NCBI GenBank assembly: GCA_964016885.1
Contig: OZ024741.1
Coordinates: 325,810,001 to 325,874,000, forward strand
From: Eledone cirrhosa
Taxonomy: Eukaryota
Reading direction: 5' to 3'
Length of the DNA stretch: 64,000 nucleotides
Within the stretch, counting starts at the first letter, position 1. The number at the start of each line of letters is the position of its first letter. The notes beneath the pieces are model-generated. The model had not been told where the DNA came from. It worked only from the letters and a program-made list of their open reading frames with translations, and made no database searches. A program made the position numbers and the translations under genes. Below are positions 26,079 through 39,039 of this stretch, one piece after another.

Positions 26079-28320
26079 ATGGCTATGCTAAGAGTAGGCT
26101 GTTTAAATGCGCGTGGCCTGGGCTCAACTTGGAAGCAAGCAATGCTTCTAAATGACCTCAGGTCACAACGTATAGATGTGATGGTTATTTGCGAGGCCCG
26201 GATCAGCAACGTGCGACAGCTGGCCCCCACCTTTGATGACTTTGAGATGCACGCATCTCTCTGTCAGCCCGGAGGTGGGGGTGGAGTTGTCGTTCTGCTG
26301 CAAAAACATCTGGGTCTCGCAACACAGATGGTACATTTGGACCCGGAGGGTCGACTAGTGGTTCTGGACCTTGGCAGTGGTAAAGGCGGAGCGTTTAGGT
26401 TGGTAGCCGCCTACGGCCCTTTCGGGTCAATGCGGCCGGACTTCTTCCATCGTCTGGAGACTTTTCTAGGGACGTCCCGCTCCTTGCTATTAGTGGGGGA
26501 CTGGAATGGTATCCTAAATGCACGCTGGGACTACGTAGGGGCCTGTCCCGATAGAGAGGGGTGTAATAGCCTCAAAGGGTTAATCGGTCGATTTGACTTG
26601 GCCGATAGATATCGACTAGATTTTCCGACTGCGCCAACCTGGACTTGGGCAAATCGTAGCGGATCATCTAGGTCGTACCTAGATAGGTTCTTAGTTAGAA
26701 TTAAGGATAAGGACTTTTAAGTTGTCCAAAAATGCGCATGGTTGGCTATTCAGACCACAAGTTAGTGACCTGCATGATCAACCTTGACAGAACTCATAGA
26801 CAGGGACCCGGTTACTGGAAGCTGAACTTGTCCTTACCGGCAAGTAAGGCTTACAGGGACCGGATTAGCACCTTAGTTAAGAAGCGGTTGACGGGCGCCA
26901 TCGTCAACAGCAGGTGGTGGGGATCTCTCAAAAGAGAGATTAGAGTAGTCTCTATAGAATTTAGTAAGGAGTTAGCCTCCAATAGAAATAGGAAGGAAAG
27001 GGAGCTGGTAGATAGTGTAGAAGAGACAATTAGAAGCGGCGACGTGGCCAGAGTGCTAGCGTCGAGAACGGCCCTGGGCCAGTTCTTCGACGCGAAACAC
27101 GAAGGCTGCATCGTCCGAAGCAAAATACGTGCTCTGGGAAACGAGGGGACCAAAGCTGTTAGCTGGGCCCGCGTGACAGAAGCCAAAAGAGGGAGCAGAT
27201 CCACTAAGCAGATGTGCGAGGCTTTTCAAAAGCACTTTGCCAGATTGTTCGGAAGGGGCGGGGAGCCGGTTGGGGATGTGGTCTTCGGTCCATACCTCGA
27301 CGGCCTGCCGCGTCTCTCGGACAGGGAGGCGAAATCCTGCGAGGAGCCGATTTCTTCCGATTCCTTTGGAAGAGGCGGGCTCCTTTGGTGAGAAGATCCA
27401 TCTGCTGCCAACACCCTTCTAACGGAGGGCTGGGGATGCCGTGGTTGACGATGCGCAAACACGTGCTCAGGCTGCGGCATCTCTACGTATTCCTCACCGG
27501 ACAACCGGTGTGGGCCCCGTTCGTGAGGCGAGCCTTCCCACGACTCGTCTCGCTGACCGAGCTGCAGTCCTGGGTCAAGCAAAGACCGAGGAAAATGGGC
27601 GACTGGCACATCGAATGTGCTCAGGCGCTCACAGCCCTCTGGCAGGCGGACCCGGCGATCAGTGGAGACTCCACTTCGTCATTCTATAGAGGGTTAGTCT
27701 GCAGCAAGTGCGACGACGCGCTCGGTGAAACTCTAGGCGTAGAGGAAGATGAACTGGCCAGTCTGTTCGGTAGGACCTTCCGCCCGGGACCGATGGACAA
27801 CTTCCAAAAGTCCCTGGCCTGGCAGTGCTACCGAGGAGCTCTACCAGTTCGAGACAAGCTCTAGAGACATGGGCGCCCGGGCAGGGACCCTGCAAAAAAG
27901 ATCTGTCCGAGGTGCGTGCGAGACGAAGAAACCGTCGCGCACGCATTCATACACTGCCCGGGCGTCACTGACCTGTGGGGCTATGTACAACGACTATTGT
28001 CGCGGGTGGGACCAGTCCAGTTGACCACCGAGTCCATTGTCATGATCAAACCGCCACCCTCCTTCAAAAACGAAGGAGAGGCGGTTTTCCTTTGTGTAAT
28101 AGCTATGGCGAAAGAGGTTGTATGGTGGACAAGGTTGAAAGGGCTGAGGTCAGACACCTTTCTCTCCGGCCAACAACTGATTCTTTTTTTCAAATACCAC
28201 TTTGGAAGAAGAATCAGGATGGAGAGAGAGGTGCTGTACCCCAGCAAGTTTTATGAAAGGTGGGTGAAAGTGGTGAGAATGGCCCGAGTGAATGGGCCTT
28301 CTCTCTATATCAGCCTGTAG
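26079..28320 (+). pseudogene. Tx1 ORF2 remnant: APE endonuclease + C-terminal zinc finger, RT missing
   Basis: Motifs LNARGL, GDWN, SYLDRF, SDHK, GPGYWKLN. The sequence jumps from CEEPI (~27352) to FFRFLWK, skipping the region equivalent to ~36922-38067 of copy 2. Confidence 0.88.
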
Positions 28321-30809
28321 GTTGAGGAAAAGGAGGAGGAGAGGAAGGGAGTACAAACTCTTCGTACTCCTGGAGATGAGGGTTGCACATTTTTTTTCCG
28401 GGGTATGTGTTACCCATATAAACTGTCTCCCTCTATTGGGGAAAATCGACTAACTTTTTAAATTCCATCTGTGATAACATTTTACACGTTTTTATTGTAT
28501 GTAAACTTCCCCCTTTGTATTTGTCCCCTTCTTTTGTGCCCCTGTGGCTAATAAAGAAATATATCTACCTGTGTGTGTGTCGGTCAGTGTCTGTGCTTAT
28601 GTCACCTAAATTTGCCGTTCGATAAAATACAAAACTAAAAAACAATGAAAAAAAAACGAGTGATAAAGTATTAAATTTGAATAAAATAAATAGTGGTGTC
28701 GATATAGTCACCTCAGTCAAAGCGGTGCGTCAGCATGGCTGCCGTTGTGTGACTGAAACTAGTAAAAGAATGAGAGAATAAAGGAATAAGAAATAAAGCT
28801 AGGAAATTAATAATAGCATACAAGTCATCTACAAATCCCATCACATCATCGAAATAAAAGGAAAGAACCGTTGGATAATGTAGCCCACTATACAGCACAC
28901 TATGATTGCAAAAAAAAACATGGCTTGACCAAAAAAAGGTGTCTCTACGTCATCGCTGAAGTGCTAAAAATGGCAGCCAATCAATAATGAGAATTTTTTA
29001 CATTGAATATTTGGGGGTGTAGCAGAGAAGAGTGGAAATACGAGGTCTAGTGGTAAAGGTGTTGGACTTACTAACATAATGTCGAGGGTTTGATTCCTCG
29101 ATTGGATTGAGTGCTGTGTTCTTGAGCAAAACATTTTATTTCACGTTGCTTCAGTATACTCAACTGAAAATGAGTACCAGGAGTAGTTTAACCTTGTCCT
29201 GGACTGGCGTCCTGTCCAAGGGGAAGTTTTGTACTCTCAGCCGTTTATCGCCACGGAAACCGGGATAAGCTCCGCGCTGACGAGCCTACGGGCTCGACAA
29301 AGCAGACTTTAACATTTTTTATTCGTAGCAAAGAAGAACAGTTGATTGTATCAACTGGATAGATGCCATGAAAAATAGATATGCTCCGTGGTAAACAAAC
29401 CTTCTGTAAGTCAGCTCCATCTCTCTGAAATCGGTTCCGTTTGTCTATACTCTATGAACTGGTCTTATTTGTGTCGAAAACAGTGAAGTGGTAGAATCAT
29501 CAATACACTGCATTCTTTGTGCTGGCTGTTTGCATTCTGAGTTCGAATCCCGTCAACGCCTTTCATCTTTTCGCAGTCGATAAAAAAATGTGAGGGATTT
29601 ACCCCCCACGACCCTCCCAGAAATAAGTGGGTGAAGAAGAAGAAAAATTCGTACTAGTACTAGGGTAGATTCTCTCTTTCTCTCTCTCACCTCTTTCTAT
29701 CTCTATCTGTCCACCCATCAATCAATCAATCTATCCATCTATTTATTTATCGATCGATCGATCATTCTTTCTTTCCTTCTTTCTTTCTCACTACCTCTTT
29801 CTTTCTTTCCTTCTTTCCTTCTCTCCCCTCTTTTTTTCTATCTGTCTCACTGCTTCCTTTCATTCTCTTTCATTCTTTCTCCTCCTCGCTAGTGGGATGT
29901 AATCGGTGGGGAACACGCTAAGTTAATAATGGCTTCTTATATAGGCACAAGGCCAGCAATTTGGAGAGAGGGGAAAGTTGATTAAATCGACCCCAGTGCG
30001 TGACTGGTACTTTATTTTATCGACCCCGTAAGGGTGAAAGGCAAAGTTAGCCTCGACGGGATTTGAACTCAGATCATAAGGGCCGTAACTCTATGCTGCA
30101 AAGCATGGCGTCGGACCCTCTACCGATACTGCCAACCCACCACCCTACGCTAAGTTATTAATAAACACCAAGACATGTCATAATGCCCTAACAGTACGTC
30201 TACGACTCAATCACGCTTTAGGTTCACGGTCACAATTATATCCACGGCCACCCTGTTTCATTTTCTAAATCAAATTTAAAGACATATATATCTCTTCAAG
30301 AATACCAATTATGAATTATTTTCAAATTCCTGTTTTATATGAATAAATGAATTATATTGACTTGAAAGTCACAAGAACTTTTAATATATCAGTTTTATAG
30401 ACATAAAAGTTATTCTCTAAAAACGAAAAAAAAAAAAAAAAATGGAGGACATGGACGCTTAAGAGCATTTACATAATGGACATCTGGTGCACTTCTACAA
30501 CAACAAAAACAACTACTGTTGCTGTTGCTACCACCGCCACCACCACTCCTCCTCCTCCTCCTCCTCCTCCTCCTCCTCCTCCTCCTCCTCCTCCTACTAC
30601 TACTACTACTACTACTACTACTAATAATAATAATTGTTTCTACTTTAGGCACAAGGCCAGCAATTACCCAGTGCATTACTGCTACTTTATTTTATCAACC
30701 CCGTAAGAATGAAAGGCAAAGTTAACCTTGGCGGGATTTGCACTCAGACCATAAAGGGCCGTAACTCTTTGCTGCAAAGCATGGCGTCCGACTCTCTACT
30801 GATACTGCC

Positions 30810-30858
<49 letters not shown>

Positions 30859-30860
30859 TT

Positions 30861-30975
30861 ACCAACAGGTGAGATGATAAAGGACCAACAGGTGAGATGA
30901 TAAAGGACCAACAGGTGAGATGATAAAGGACCAACAGGTGAGATGATAAAGGACCAACAGGTGAGATGATAAAGG
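30861..30975 (+). repeat. Five perfect 23-bp tandem repeats at the 5' junction of the Dong-like element
   Basis: ACCAACAGGTGAGATGATAAAGG x5; the last copy runs into the ORF (LPTGEMIKEID). Confidence 0.9.
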
Positions 30976-32225
30976 AAATTGACTCTGAGGAAGGATACAA
31001 GTATTTGGGCGTTCTGGAGGCTGATGGCATAAAGAACAAAAAAATGAAGGAATTGTTAAGAACTGAATACATTCGGAGAGTAAGGAGCGTATTGAAGTCA
31101 CATCTGAACAGCAGAAATGCCATAAGCGCAGTAAATTCCCGAGCTGTGTCTATTATTAGGTACAGTGCGGGAATTCTGAGATGGAATGTTGCTGAACAAA
31201 AAGAAATGGATAGGAAGACTAGGAAGCTATTGACTATCTACAACATGTTCCACAAGAGGAGTGATGTCGATAGACTCTACCTAAGGAGATCTGAGGGTGG
31301 AAGAGGTCTTATCAGCATAGAGGACTGTGTTCAGATGGAGAAAAACAACCTATACAAATACGTGACCTATAGTAAGGAGCCAATGCTCAGAGCTGTACTG
31401 AAGGAGGGGAGAGTAGGCCAGGGGATACCCAAGGAGGAAATAACATCAAGGAGGAAGAGCAGCCTTAAGGGAAAATCCCTTCATAGTACCTTCTTTGAGA
31501 AAACTGAATTTAGAGATCCACAGACATGGAACTGGTTGAGAAGAGGAGACCTCAAAAAGGCTACAGAAGGAATGCTAATGGCTGCGCAGGAGCAGGCCCT
31601 CAAAACGAAGTGGTTGAAGCACCATATCTACAAGGAGGAGGCTAGCCCACTGTGCAGGATCTGTGGAGAGAGAGAGGAGACTGTGGCTCACATTGTGTCC
31701 GAGTGTAAACACCTAGCCCAGACCCACTATAAGGGCTGGAGACACGATGTGATGGGCAGGGTGATCCACTGGCACCTGTGCAAAGTAAACAATCTACCAC
31801 ATTCTGAGAAATGGTATGAGCATAGGCCAGAGGCGGTGATGGAGAACAGTCAGGTGAAGGTGCTGTGGGATTTTAGGATACAGACGGACAAAAAACTGGA
31901 ACACAATAGACCTGACCTGGTGGTTGTGGACAAAGAAAAAAGATCGTGCCTGATTGTGGATGTGGCCTGCCCGTTCGACACGAGAGTGCAAGAGAAGGAG
32001 AGGGAGAAAATTAACCGATACCAGGACCTAAAGTGGGAGGTGAAAAGGATTTGGAACTGCCATGAAGTCAAAGTGATCCCGATTGTCATAGGCGCACTGG
32101 GGACTATCTCCAAAGGTTTCCAGGGATGGTTAAAGAAAATCGGCCCCTTCACGCTTTTTGGAACGCTTCAAAAGGCATGCTTGCTTGGAACGGCAAGAAC
32201 CCTCCGATACGTCCTGAATATCTGA
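30966..32225 (+). CDS. C-terminal part of R4/Dong-type ORF: RT thumb, CCHC knuckle, restriction-like endonuclease
   Basis: YKYLG, RLYLRRSEGGRGL, CRICGEREETVAHIVSEC, RHD, NRPDLVVVD...IVDVACP...EKINRY; 419 uninterrupted codons. Confidence 0.88.
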   Translation: MIKEIDSEEGYKYLGVLEADGIKNKKMKELLRTEYIRRVRSVLKSHLNSRNAISAVNSRAVSIIRYSAGILRWNVAEQKEMDRKTRKLLTIYNMFHKRSDVDRLYLRRSEGGRGLISIEDCVQMEKNNLYKYVTYSKEPMLRAVLKEGRVGQGIPKEEITSRRKSSLKGKSLHSTFFEKTEFRDPQTWNWLRRGDLKKATEGMLMAAQEQALKTKWLKHHIYKEEASPLCRICGEREETVAHIVSECKHLAQTHYKGWRHDVMGRVIHWHLCKVNNLPHSEKWYEHRPEAVMENSQVKVLWDFRIQTDKKLEHNRPDLVVVDKEKRSCLIVDVACPFDTRVQEKEREKINRYQDLKWEVKRIWNCHEVKVIPIVIGALGTISKGFQGWLKKIGPFTLFGTLQKACLLGTARTLRYVLNI

Positions 32226-33346
32226 GGCTGCAGGTAGTGGCTTGATATTCAATCCAACGGACTTTCCAGTTAACCAACATCAATGACTGAGATTCAAGGA
32301 ATAACAATAACAATAATAATAATATTAATGATTTCTAGGATAGGCAGGAGCCAGCAATTTTGGGGGAGGAGAGAGTCGATTAAATTGACATAAATCGAAA
32401 TAAAGTACCAATAATACACTGGGTAATTGCTGGCCTTGTGCCAAAAGTAGAAACAATTATTACCCTTAAAGATCTTTGTGCCGTCTTTAATGTTTTCTTA
32501 ATGTGAGCCCTGTGTGGCTAATAATGGTTTCTTATATAGGCAAAAGGCCAACAATTTTTGGGGCGGGAAAAGTCTATTAAATCGACACCAGTGCGTGACT
32601 GGTACTTTATTTTTATCGATCCAGTAAGGAGGAAAGACATAGTTAACTTCGGCGGGATTTATAATCAGAACGTAAAGGGCCGTAACTCTATGATGCAAAG
32701 CATGGTGTTCGACGCTCTACTGATACTGCCAATCCAAATAATAATAATTGTTTCTAGTTTAGGTACATGGCCAGCAATTTTGGGAGGAGGGGAAAGTCGA
32801 TTAAATCGACCGCAGTGCATTACTGGTACTTTATTCTATCGACCCCGTAAGGGTGAAAGGCTAAGCTAACCTCGGCGGGAACAATAATAATAATTATTTT
32901 TATTATTGTTATTGTTATTATTGACATTATTATCATCCTCACCCACACAAACATTATTAATATCATTTATTTATTTATTTATCTAATGATTACGAAGTAA
33001 ATTTCTTAACCAATCATCCATACATTTGGCGACCACAAGTTATTATACCATGAATGTACATTAGAAGACAAACAAAATAAATAAAGTAAAAGAACAAGAA
33101 AAAGGAAGACAACAACTTTTTCTCCTAGTCGCCTGTGTTTCCACTTTAGCTATTTCAATATTTATATTAATATGTCAATGTGTTAATGTCTACATTAGTG
33201 ACAAGAGGAACAATTTTCTGACAAATTTGTTTTCAATAAATATTTATGACACAAAATATCATTTCGCTTTTCTATGTTCATATTGTCTATGTACTTGTCA
33301 TAAATATTTCATTTATGCAATTAGTATAAATATGTACTAAGCACAA

Positions 33347-33347
<1 letters not shown>

Positions 33348-33432
<85 letters not shown>
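33348..33432. repeat. (TATC)n microsatellite at the 5' junction of Tx1 copy 2
   Basis: Pure TATC array directly abutting the element start. Confidence 0.95.
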
Positions 33433-33438
<6 letters not shown>

Positions 33439-33802
33439 GTCTGACGCGTGGAACATCGCCGGTAAGCTTTTTTGTTAATTTATATACAAAAAACCGAACT
33501 AATTGTTTGAAAAAACATAACATTTTGTAGATTAACCCCCAAGCTAAATAGTCAGCTGGGTGGTAATCCCATTTTTCGCCCCTGTAGGGGCGAAAATTTT
33601 ATTTTAAAAATTTGTTTTAAAATATCAGATTTTACAAACTAAATAACTTGAGCAACACAAGAACGCTGGAGAACGTTAATAGAGAAAAGAGAGAGAAAGA
33701 GGCAGATATTAACGTTATATCTGCTTCTGCTACTATGGACGTCGCCATAGATACGACTGTCAACAAATAAAAAAAAAAGTATTACCACTTGAAGATTTTA
33801 AA

Positions 33803-33957
33803 ATGTCTACCGTCGAAGTGGAGAAAAATAACAATAACACACAGGAAAACACAGGAATTAAACCCATTAACAAGATGAAAAAGACATCAGCAACTCTACA
33901 GATACATCTACACATCGACAAGGAACTGAGATTTCCAACACCGAGGCTAACAACGAT

Positions 33958-33991
<34 letters not shown>

Positions 33992-35549
33992 GCAACACCA
34001 CACAAAAAAAGAAAATGTCTTTCGCTGAAACAGTGAACAAAAAACAAAATTTTATAAATCTTGATATCTCCAACGCAAGAGATATGCTCCAGCAAGGGAG
34101 AAAATTTGTAACTTTCGAAGAAAGAGGTGGGTTTAGAATTAACTCACCCCTTGAAATAAAGGAAGACACAATTCGCAGATCAGTCACCTTTAGGACTGTG
34201 TCAAATTCCACAAGAAAGCCGACATTTGTTAACCAAGCAGATATAGAAGATACTTTCAAGGAAATTCTAGCAAATGTCGATTTTCTCCAGCGAGGAAAAC
34301 AATACGGAAGTGTTTCCGTACTGTTTAAAAGCGAGGCACTCGCCCCAAAACACCCTGTGACACCAATGGTGTCAAAAGCATACACACTTTTCCCTACATA
34401 CATGGGAAAAAGGACACAAAAAATAAAAATAAAAAACATACCTCTATCTGGTGGATCTTGGCTGGCTTCGTAGAGCCAGAAACTGATATGATTCTTTCGA
34501 TACGAAAATCTATTCGACAAAGGTGGGCGGGTACAGATTTGGAGATTCTGTTGCAAATGAAACCGGAGAGAATCTCCAAAATACCCGAAAGAGTCGTTAT
34601 CGATAATAACAACAAAATAAACATTTCGGTAGAAGGACGAAAATTTCATTGCTTTCGCTGTGGTAGCACAGCACACATAAAAGCCTCTTGTCCACAAACA
34701 CACAACAACAACATCATTAAAAAAACATTATGACCAACACCAACACCAAAACAACCACCACTACCACAAGTACAACGACAGACGGAACGAACAACCACAC
34801 AAAAACAAACAGACACTCAATCAACAACAACAGAAAAAACAGAGACAACACCCCTGAAGAACACAGCCCCACTCCATCCCACTCCATCAAACACTACCAC
34901 AAACACACACACCGAAACACCACCACCACACAACATACCCTTACCCCATACACCTGACAATGATTATTCATCGACGGATGAAGCTGCTTCTCCTTCTTTA
35001 AGTGAAGAAGAGGGAGAACCGCGGAAATCTAAAAAACAAAAAAAGAGACACCACAAAACCCCCAAAACTCCAATCACCAACACCAACACACAACCACAGA
35101 CACAAACAACAACACAAACAGTACCACAGTCAAACATCCCCTATCAGCAAAACCAGCACCAACACCACCCCAAACACAAGCACCCACCATAAAAAGAAAA
35201 CTCCCGGACGAACAACAAACTAAAACAATACAACAAAAACACAAACAACAATACGCATACATCAACACAAACAACAAGAGTTTGATGGAGGTCATCTCCC
35301 AAAATCCCAAGGTGGAGACGGAGGGCAAAACTTTCGTCAAGGCAGAATCGTCTCCACACTTTAAACTTATAAGGGTTTCTATGGAAACCTATAATGACCT
35401 AAAAAAAATAAATTTTCACAGGACGTGGGCAACCCCTGCCACAAACCCATTAACCGCGTCCTGTTAAAATGTTTCCCACCCCACCCAACACCCCATCCAG
35501 CACCCAAATGGAGATTGAACAACCCGATCTCCAAGAAACGAAAAGGTAA
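33803..35549 (+). pseudogene. Tx1 ORF1, frameshifted
   Basis: Track ORFs 34015-34473 (PTYMGKRTQKIKI, as in copy 1) and 34458-34733 (CFRCGSTAHIKASC); ends MEIEQPDLQETKR*. The start position is approximate. Confidence 0.75.
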
Positions 35550-35590
35550 GTGCACCTTTCGTCCTTATTCTCCAACTTTTCTTCACCAAC

Positions 35591-38500
35591 ATGGCTAGTT
35601 TACGAGTTGGAACCGTGAATGTGCGTGGCATAGGGATGCCCTGGAAATAGGGCCAACTTTTAAACGACCTTAGGTCACACAGTATGGATGTGATAGCCAT
35701 CATCGAGTCCAGAATCCACAACAGGCAGCAACTAACCCCCATCTTCGACGAAATTTGAGATCTACGCATCTCTCTGTCAGCCAGGAGATGGAGCTGGAGT
35801 GGCTGTCATGTTTCGGAAGAACCTGGACGTCGAAGTACATCAAGTACATTTGGACCCGGAGGGTAGACTGGTAGTCCTAGACGTGAACAGTATTGGAGGT
35901 AGAGCCTTCAGACTGGTGGCGGTTTATGCCCCGACCGGGCAATCGCAATCACGGCCAGACTTCTTTAAGCGTCTAGAGTCTTTTCTGGGAACGTCTCGCT
36001 CCTTACTTTTAGTGGGGGACTGGAATGGTATCCTAGATGCACGATGGGACTATGTGGGAGTATGTCCCAGTAGAGCGGGGTGCAACAGCCTGAAAACTTT
36101 AATCGGCCAATTCCAACTGGCCGATAGGTTTCGACTGGATTTTCCGACTGCACCACAGTGGAGGTGGGCAAACCGCAGTGGGACATCTAGATCGTATTTA
36201 GATAGGTTCTTCATTAGAGAAAGGGACAAGGAGATGTTAAGCTGTCCACGAATGCACATGGTTTCCTATTCAGATCAGAAGTTAGTCGTCTGCGTAGTCA
36301 ACCGTGATAGAATACATAGACAGGGTCCCGGATACTGGAAGCTGAACGTGTCTTTGCCGGCACGTAAAGCTTACAGTGAACGGATAAGTAGACTAGTCAA
36401 GCAACAGTTAACGGGAGCCATCGTCAACAATAGATGGTGGTACTCTCTCAAGAAAGCAATTAGAATAGAATCAATAGGGTATAGCAGAGAGTTAGCCTTA
36501 GAGAAAAACAGAATAGAAAGAGAACTAGTAGCCAAGGTAGAGGAGGTACTTAGAAGTGGCAACGCGGCTAGAGTGTTAGCGTCGAGAACGGCACTGGACC
36601 AGTTCTTCGATGCGAAACACGAAGGCTGCGTGGTCAGAAGCAAAACACGTGCTCTAGGAAACGAAGGAGCGAAAGCTGTCAGCTGGGCCCGAGTGGCGGA
36701 GGCAAAAAGTGGCAACAAGTCCACAATTCGGTCTTTGAAAGACCAAAACGGACGCATGCTACTTGACCCCCCAAGCAAATGTTCGCGACCTTTCAGCGGC
36801 ACTTTGCGCGACTGTTTGAGCAGAACGACGGTGAGCCGAACGGGGCAATGGACTTTAGTTCATACCTCGACGGCCTGCCGCGTCTCTCGAACACGGACGC
36901 CGAGTTCTGCGAAAGACCGATAACGGACACTGAGATACGGGACGCTCTGGGCTGTTGCGGGAAACGCAAGTCGCCCGGTCTAGATGGTCTACCCTACGAG
37001 TTTTACATAGGCATGCCGGACTTGTACTCTGTCGTCCTCGAAGCCGTCTACTGCAATTTGCAGCAGAACGGGAGAATTCCTAGTTCTGCAGGCAAGGGCG
37101 TAGTAACGCTGATCAGGAAAGACGAGAACAAGGGGGACGAAATTAACAACTTCAGGCCCATAACTCTGCTCAACACAGAGTTAAAGATTTTGGCCAAGGT
37201 GCTAGCGACGAGGTTGGCGCTTGTCGTCGAGAACCTGATAGGGAAAGCGCAAACGTGTGCAATCCCGACCAGGTCCATACACGACGACTTCCACCTCATG
37301 CGATACATCATAGAGAGGGTGGGTAGTAAACCTGGTTTCGGTGGGGCTCTGATCAACTTGGATCAGTCTAAGGCATTCGATAGGGTCGACCATCGATACT
37401 TGGAAGCGGTTCTCAAGGCGGCCGGTTTCGGACCCGTGTTCAGAGGCTGGATCGAGGCGATGCACACCAGTAAAGGCTGGAGGGTCAAGGTGAACGGCTA
37501 CCTATCGGAGCCGTTGGCAATCACGCGTTCCATTCGACAGGGTACTCTCTCTCCTCCATTCTGTATGTATTGACTCTAGAGCCACTACTGCGGAAATTGG
37601 AGCTGTTGCAGGGCATCCCTCTAGAACCGGGACTACACAAAGCGGCGTCGGCTTATGCCGACGACGTGACGGTAATGGTGTCAAGCACCTCGGAAATCGG
37701 GGTGATCGGCAACTTACTGAAAGAATACGAAACGCTGACGGGAGCAAAACTAAACCCGGACAAGTCTATCGGATTGCAACTCGGTACGTGGCGAGGCAAA
37801 CCGATAACGCCCGACATCGTCGTTGGACGCTGGACGGACGGACCGGTTAAATTGCTCGGGGTCTGCTTCGGTCCAGACCTCCAGGTGGAGAAAAATTGGA
37901 ACGAGGTCACGGCCAAGGTGTTTGCACTCACCCAGAAGTGGGCAGAGTGCAAACTGTCCTTGAAAGGTCGGGCGGAGGTGGCGAACACTTTCATAGCGTC
38001 CGTCATCTACTACCGCTTGACTGTCGTGCCTTGTCCCCGTGAACACCTCGCCAAGATGGAACGCATGCTCTTCCAGTTTATGTGGAAGAAGCAGGCTGCG
38101 CTGGTGAGGAGATCCGTCGGCTGTCAGCACCCTTCCAACGGAGGGCTGGGAATGCCGTGGCTGATGATGCGCAAACATGCGCTGAGGCTGCGGCAGCTCC
38201 AGGTATTCCTCACCGACCCCCAACCGGTGTGGGAACCGTTTGTGAGACAGGCTTTCCCACAGCTCGTCTCGCTGACGGAGCTGCAGTCCTGGGTGAAGAA
38301 AAGACCGAAAACGATGGGCGCCTGGCACATTGAATGCGCTCAGGCGCTCACAGTCCTCTGGCAAGCGGGCCCAGCAATCAGTGGCGACTCCACTTCGACA
38401 TTCTATTGAGGGATTGTACGTTACAAGAGCGACGACGTGCTGGGAGAGACTCTGGGCGTCGAAGACGATGAGCTCGCTAGTTTGTTTGGTAGGACTTTCC

Positions 38501-39039
38501 GCCCGGGACCTTTGGACAACTTCCAGAGGTCTCTGGCCTGGCAGTGCTACCGAGGAGCTCAACCGGTTCGTGACAAGATCTACAGGCACGGACGCCCCGG
38601 CAGGGATCCTTCCAAGAGGATGTGTCCAAGATGCGCGCAGGACATTGAAACAGTCCTGCACGCAATTGTACACTGCCTGGGCGTAACCGACCTGTGGAAC
38701 TATGTAGAACAACTGCTGTCGCGTATGGGACAAATCCAGTTGACTGCCGAGTCCATAGTAAGGATCAAACCACCAGCCTCTTTCAAAAACGAAAGAGAGG
38801 CGGTTTTCCTCTGTACGGTGGCTATGGTGAAAGAAGTTATATGGTGGACGAGGTTGAGAGGACTGAGGACAGATGCCTTTCTCTCCGGATAACAATTGAT
38901 TTCCTTCTTTAAGTATCACTTTAGAAGGAGAATCAGGGTGGAGAGAGAGGCACTGCACCCCAGTAAATTTACTGAAAGGTGGGTGAATGAAGCGAAAATG
39001 GCCCGAGTGATTGGGCCTTCTCTGTTTATAAGCCTGTAG
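35591..39039 (+). pseudogene. Tx1 ORF2 (APE endonuclease + reverse transcriptase + CCHC), several stops and frameshifts
   Basis: GDWN, GPGYWKLN, KSPGLDG, FRPITLLN, LDQSKAFDRVDH, SIRQG, AYADD, CPRC...H...C. Confidence 0.92.

Larger units (their letters stand above)
24063..28560 (+). mobile_element. Tx1/L1-clade non-LTR retrotransposon, copy 1 (RT domain internally deleted)
   Basis: ORF1 with zinc knuckle, APE endonuclease, C-terminal CCHC (CPRC...ETVAHAFIHC). The 3' end GTGGCTAATAAAGAAAT abuts ATATCTA; there is no poly(A). Confidence 0.9.
30859..32323 (+). mobile_element. 5'-truncated R4/Dong-like RLE non-LTR retrotransposon inserted in (TAA)n
   Basis: Preceded by (AAT)n at 30810-30857 and followed by ATAACAATAACAATAATAATAAT; short 3' UTR. 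Confidence 0.85.

Noticed and set aside
29256-29300. GAAAC...CTGACGAG in a SINE tail as a hammerhead
   Set aside because: Stems I-III cannot be formed in a valid topology; it is the ordinary 3' tail of the CORE-like SINE.
30861-30975. 23-bp direct repeats as a CRISPR array
   Set aside because: No spacers, eukaryotic context, and the unit is part of the retrotransposon ORF.
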